IMG/VR virus record: IMGVR_UViG_3300044972_002389 | Coordinates: 62,001 to 126,000 of that record | DNA length: 64,000 nucleotides | Strand: one strand, 5' to 3' | Part shown: positions 62,758 to 64,000 of the stretch, one piece after another | Layout: each line of letters opens with the position of its first letter | Numbering within the stretch: position 1 is the stretch's first letter | The notes under the pieces: generated by a model | The model's database searches: none | The model's input: the letters and a program-made list of their open reading frames with translations, nothing else | Told to the model about the DNA's origin: nothing | Program-made: the position numbers and the translations under genes

Positions 62758-63053
62758 TGACACGAGATCAATTTGTTGAAAAACTGTTGTCTGGTGAAGT
62801 CAACCTAGTGTTTGAGAAACGAGATGGCTCTCACCGAAAAATGAAGGCCACATTATCTGAACAACTTGTGCCGCAAGTATCCACGACGCAAGTATCAACC
62901 AATAGAAAGTCAAAGGGGCAAAACTTGAATCTAGTGGTCCTCTGGGATCTAGATAAGGGAAATTGGCGCAGTCTGAGGTTTGATAGTCTGCTGTCTGTTA
63001 ATGGAATAGACATGTCTCAACTCATCAAAAATACTGAACGCTCCACAAATTGA
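62757..63053 (+). CDS. WYL-like (SH3-fold) phage protein
   Basis: V.F.K.DG..R.M.ATL...V..WDL....WRS.RFD. Confidence 0.75.
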   Translation: MTRDQFVEKLLSGEVNLVFEKRDGSHRKMKATLSEQLVPQVSTTQVSTNRKSKGQNLNLVVLWDLDKGNWRSLRFDSLLSVNGIDMSQLIKNTERSTN

Positions 63054-63160
63054 GATTGAGGTATGTGTTTTGAGCATGCCTGTCTGGTAGCTATGCAACT
63101 TGTTGATCGCATAAATCTAGTGTAAATATTGCAGTGCAACATAGAGAAAGAGAGAAAGCA

Positions 63161-63340
63161 ATGTTTACTACACTTATCCGCGCTATTTTTGGCGACGTTT
63201 CAACCCACAACAGCAACATGAACCTGCGTTGGTCCAGCAACACTGAACTAGCCAATTATTTCCGCGCAGAGTACAAGGAAAATGCTCCAGAAGCATATGA
63301 CTACTTCATGTGCACAGGCAAGGGCAACTTTGCTGGCTGA
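63161..63340 (+). CDS. Small hypothetical protein
   Basis: Follows TAAATA at 63123-28 and precedes a terminator. Confidence 0.55.
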   Translation: MFTTLIRAIFGDVSTHNSNMNLRWSSNTELANYFRAEYKENAPEAYDYFMCTGKGNFAG

Positions 63341-63366
63341 GTGCTAGCCCACATCTAAGATAGTGC

Positions 63367-63394
63367 AAAAAGCCCGGTGTATTCCGGGCTTTTT
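63367..63394. terminator. Bidirectional terminator
   Basis: AAAAAGCCCGG-TGTATT-CCGGGCTTTTT. Confidence 0.85.
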
Positions 63395-63438
63395 CCTTGA
63401 CATCGTAAGCAGCTATTTGGTAGTGTGATTACACTGGC

Positions 63439-63639
63439 ATGACACTTTCTCATTGTTACAACACACGGCTAATCAGGATGAGTATTCAAGAAGCCAACAG
63501 TCGTATCTGTTGGTGTGCTGATAATTTTGGTGACCGGGATATCAAGTGGACTGTGCGATGCCACGACAGAAGTCGTTATGAATGGTGGTTTACAAATAAG
63601 GATGATTTAATTTGGTTTGGCCTTGTTTGGGAAAGTTGA
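63439..63639 (+). CDS. Small protein of the 'F..E.D...F.L.W' family
   Basis: WCADNFG...WWFTNKDDLIWFGLVW. Confidence 0.65.
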   Translation: MTLSHCYNTRLIRMSIQEANSRICWCADNFGDRDIKWTVRCHDRSRYEWWFTNKDDLIWFGLVWES

Positions 63640-63700
63640 CTGAACAACAGGGTGTGTTAAGTTTCAGATTGTTGAAACACTCGTGTATGGAGTAGGAAAA

Positions 63701-63979
63701 ATGAACACTCGCGTTTCTGAGTCTCAGCGTCGGGAAAATTCTCGAGCTATTGCTCGTAGGGATAAATGGCGTCAACAATATGTGGTTGTGGTGAAGGCTA
63801 TTCGTGAACTCAAAAGCCAAACTCGCGGCCGGCCATATGATCCGGTGATCAAAGTGCAACTGCGTACAATGAGGCAGCTGGCTTGCGACATGATGTTTGA
63901 ACGGACGCATTACATCCGTTTTGATCTGGTGAATACAGCATATCCTTATGCAGCTACAACACTGGAACAAGCTGCATGA
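63701..63979 (+). CDS. Basic hypothetical protein
   Basis: agga SD; TTGACT-N16-TAAGTT at 63636-63663. Confidence 0.6.
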   Translation: MNTRVSESQRRENSRAIARRDKWRQQYVVVVKAIRELKSQTRGRPYDPVIKVQLRTMRQLACDMMFERTHYIRFDLVNTAYPYAATTLEQAA

Positions 63980-64000
63980 ACAAAGAAACTGTGTTAATGC

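Noticed and set aside
1-64000. Eukaryotic giant-virus origin, given the many glycosyltransferases and fibre repeats
   Set aside because: SD sequences, sigma70-like and T4 late promoters, ATGA-coupled operons and T4-type replication genes indicate a bacteriophage.

Overview
The window is a gene-dense piece of a large T4-like (jumbo) myovirus genome. Support: family-B DNA polymerase, sliding-clamp-like gene, T4-type RNase H, many TAAATA late-promoter motifs, sigma70-like early promoters and Shine-Dalgarno sites. No tRNA, rRNA or CRISPR array was seen. Main blocks: (1) 2.5-13.6 kb, late genes including three large modular proteins whose GNAT, deaminase, HsdS-like, ParB-like and ADP-ribosyltransferase-like modules are each bounded by a (L/V/T)-x-E motif like a prohead-protease site, i.e. 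candidate head-packaged effector polyproteins. (2) 13.6-21.5 kb, replication genes, truncated capsid- and portal-like paralogues, and a plcP-agt-like lipid-remodelling pair. (3) 21.6-31 kb, a 7-deazaguanine DNA-modification cluster (dpdL/queD-like, glycosyltransferase, dpdA, folE, queE; no queC in the window) interrupted by a glycan cassette. (4) 37.5-50.7 kb, a minus-strand operon with a 2378-aa Cys-rich repeat fibre followed by glycosyltransferases, a carbamoyltransferase and a decayed sulfotransferase, lying between a MoxR ATPase and its VWA partner. (5) 53-64 kb, small early genes in paralogous arrays and a ~530-nt hairpin-rich non-coding stretch. All function calls come from motifs read by eye; no database search or folding program was run.
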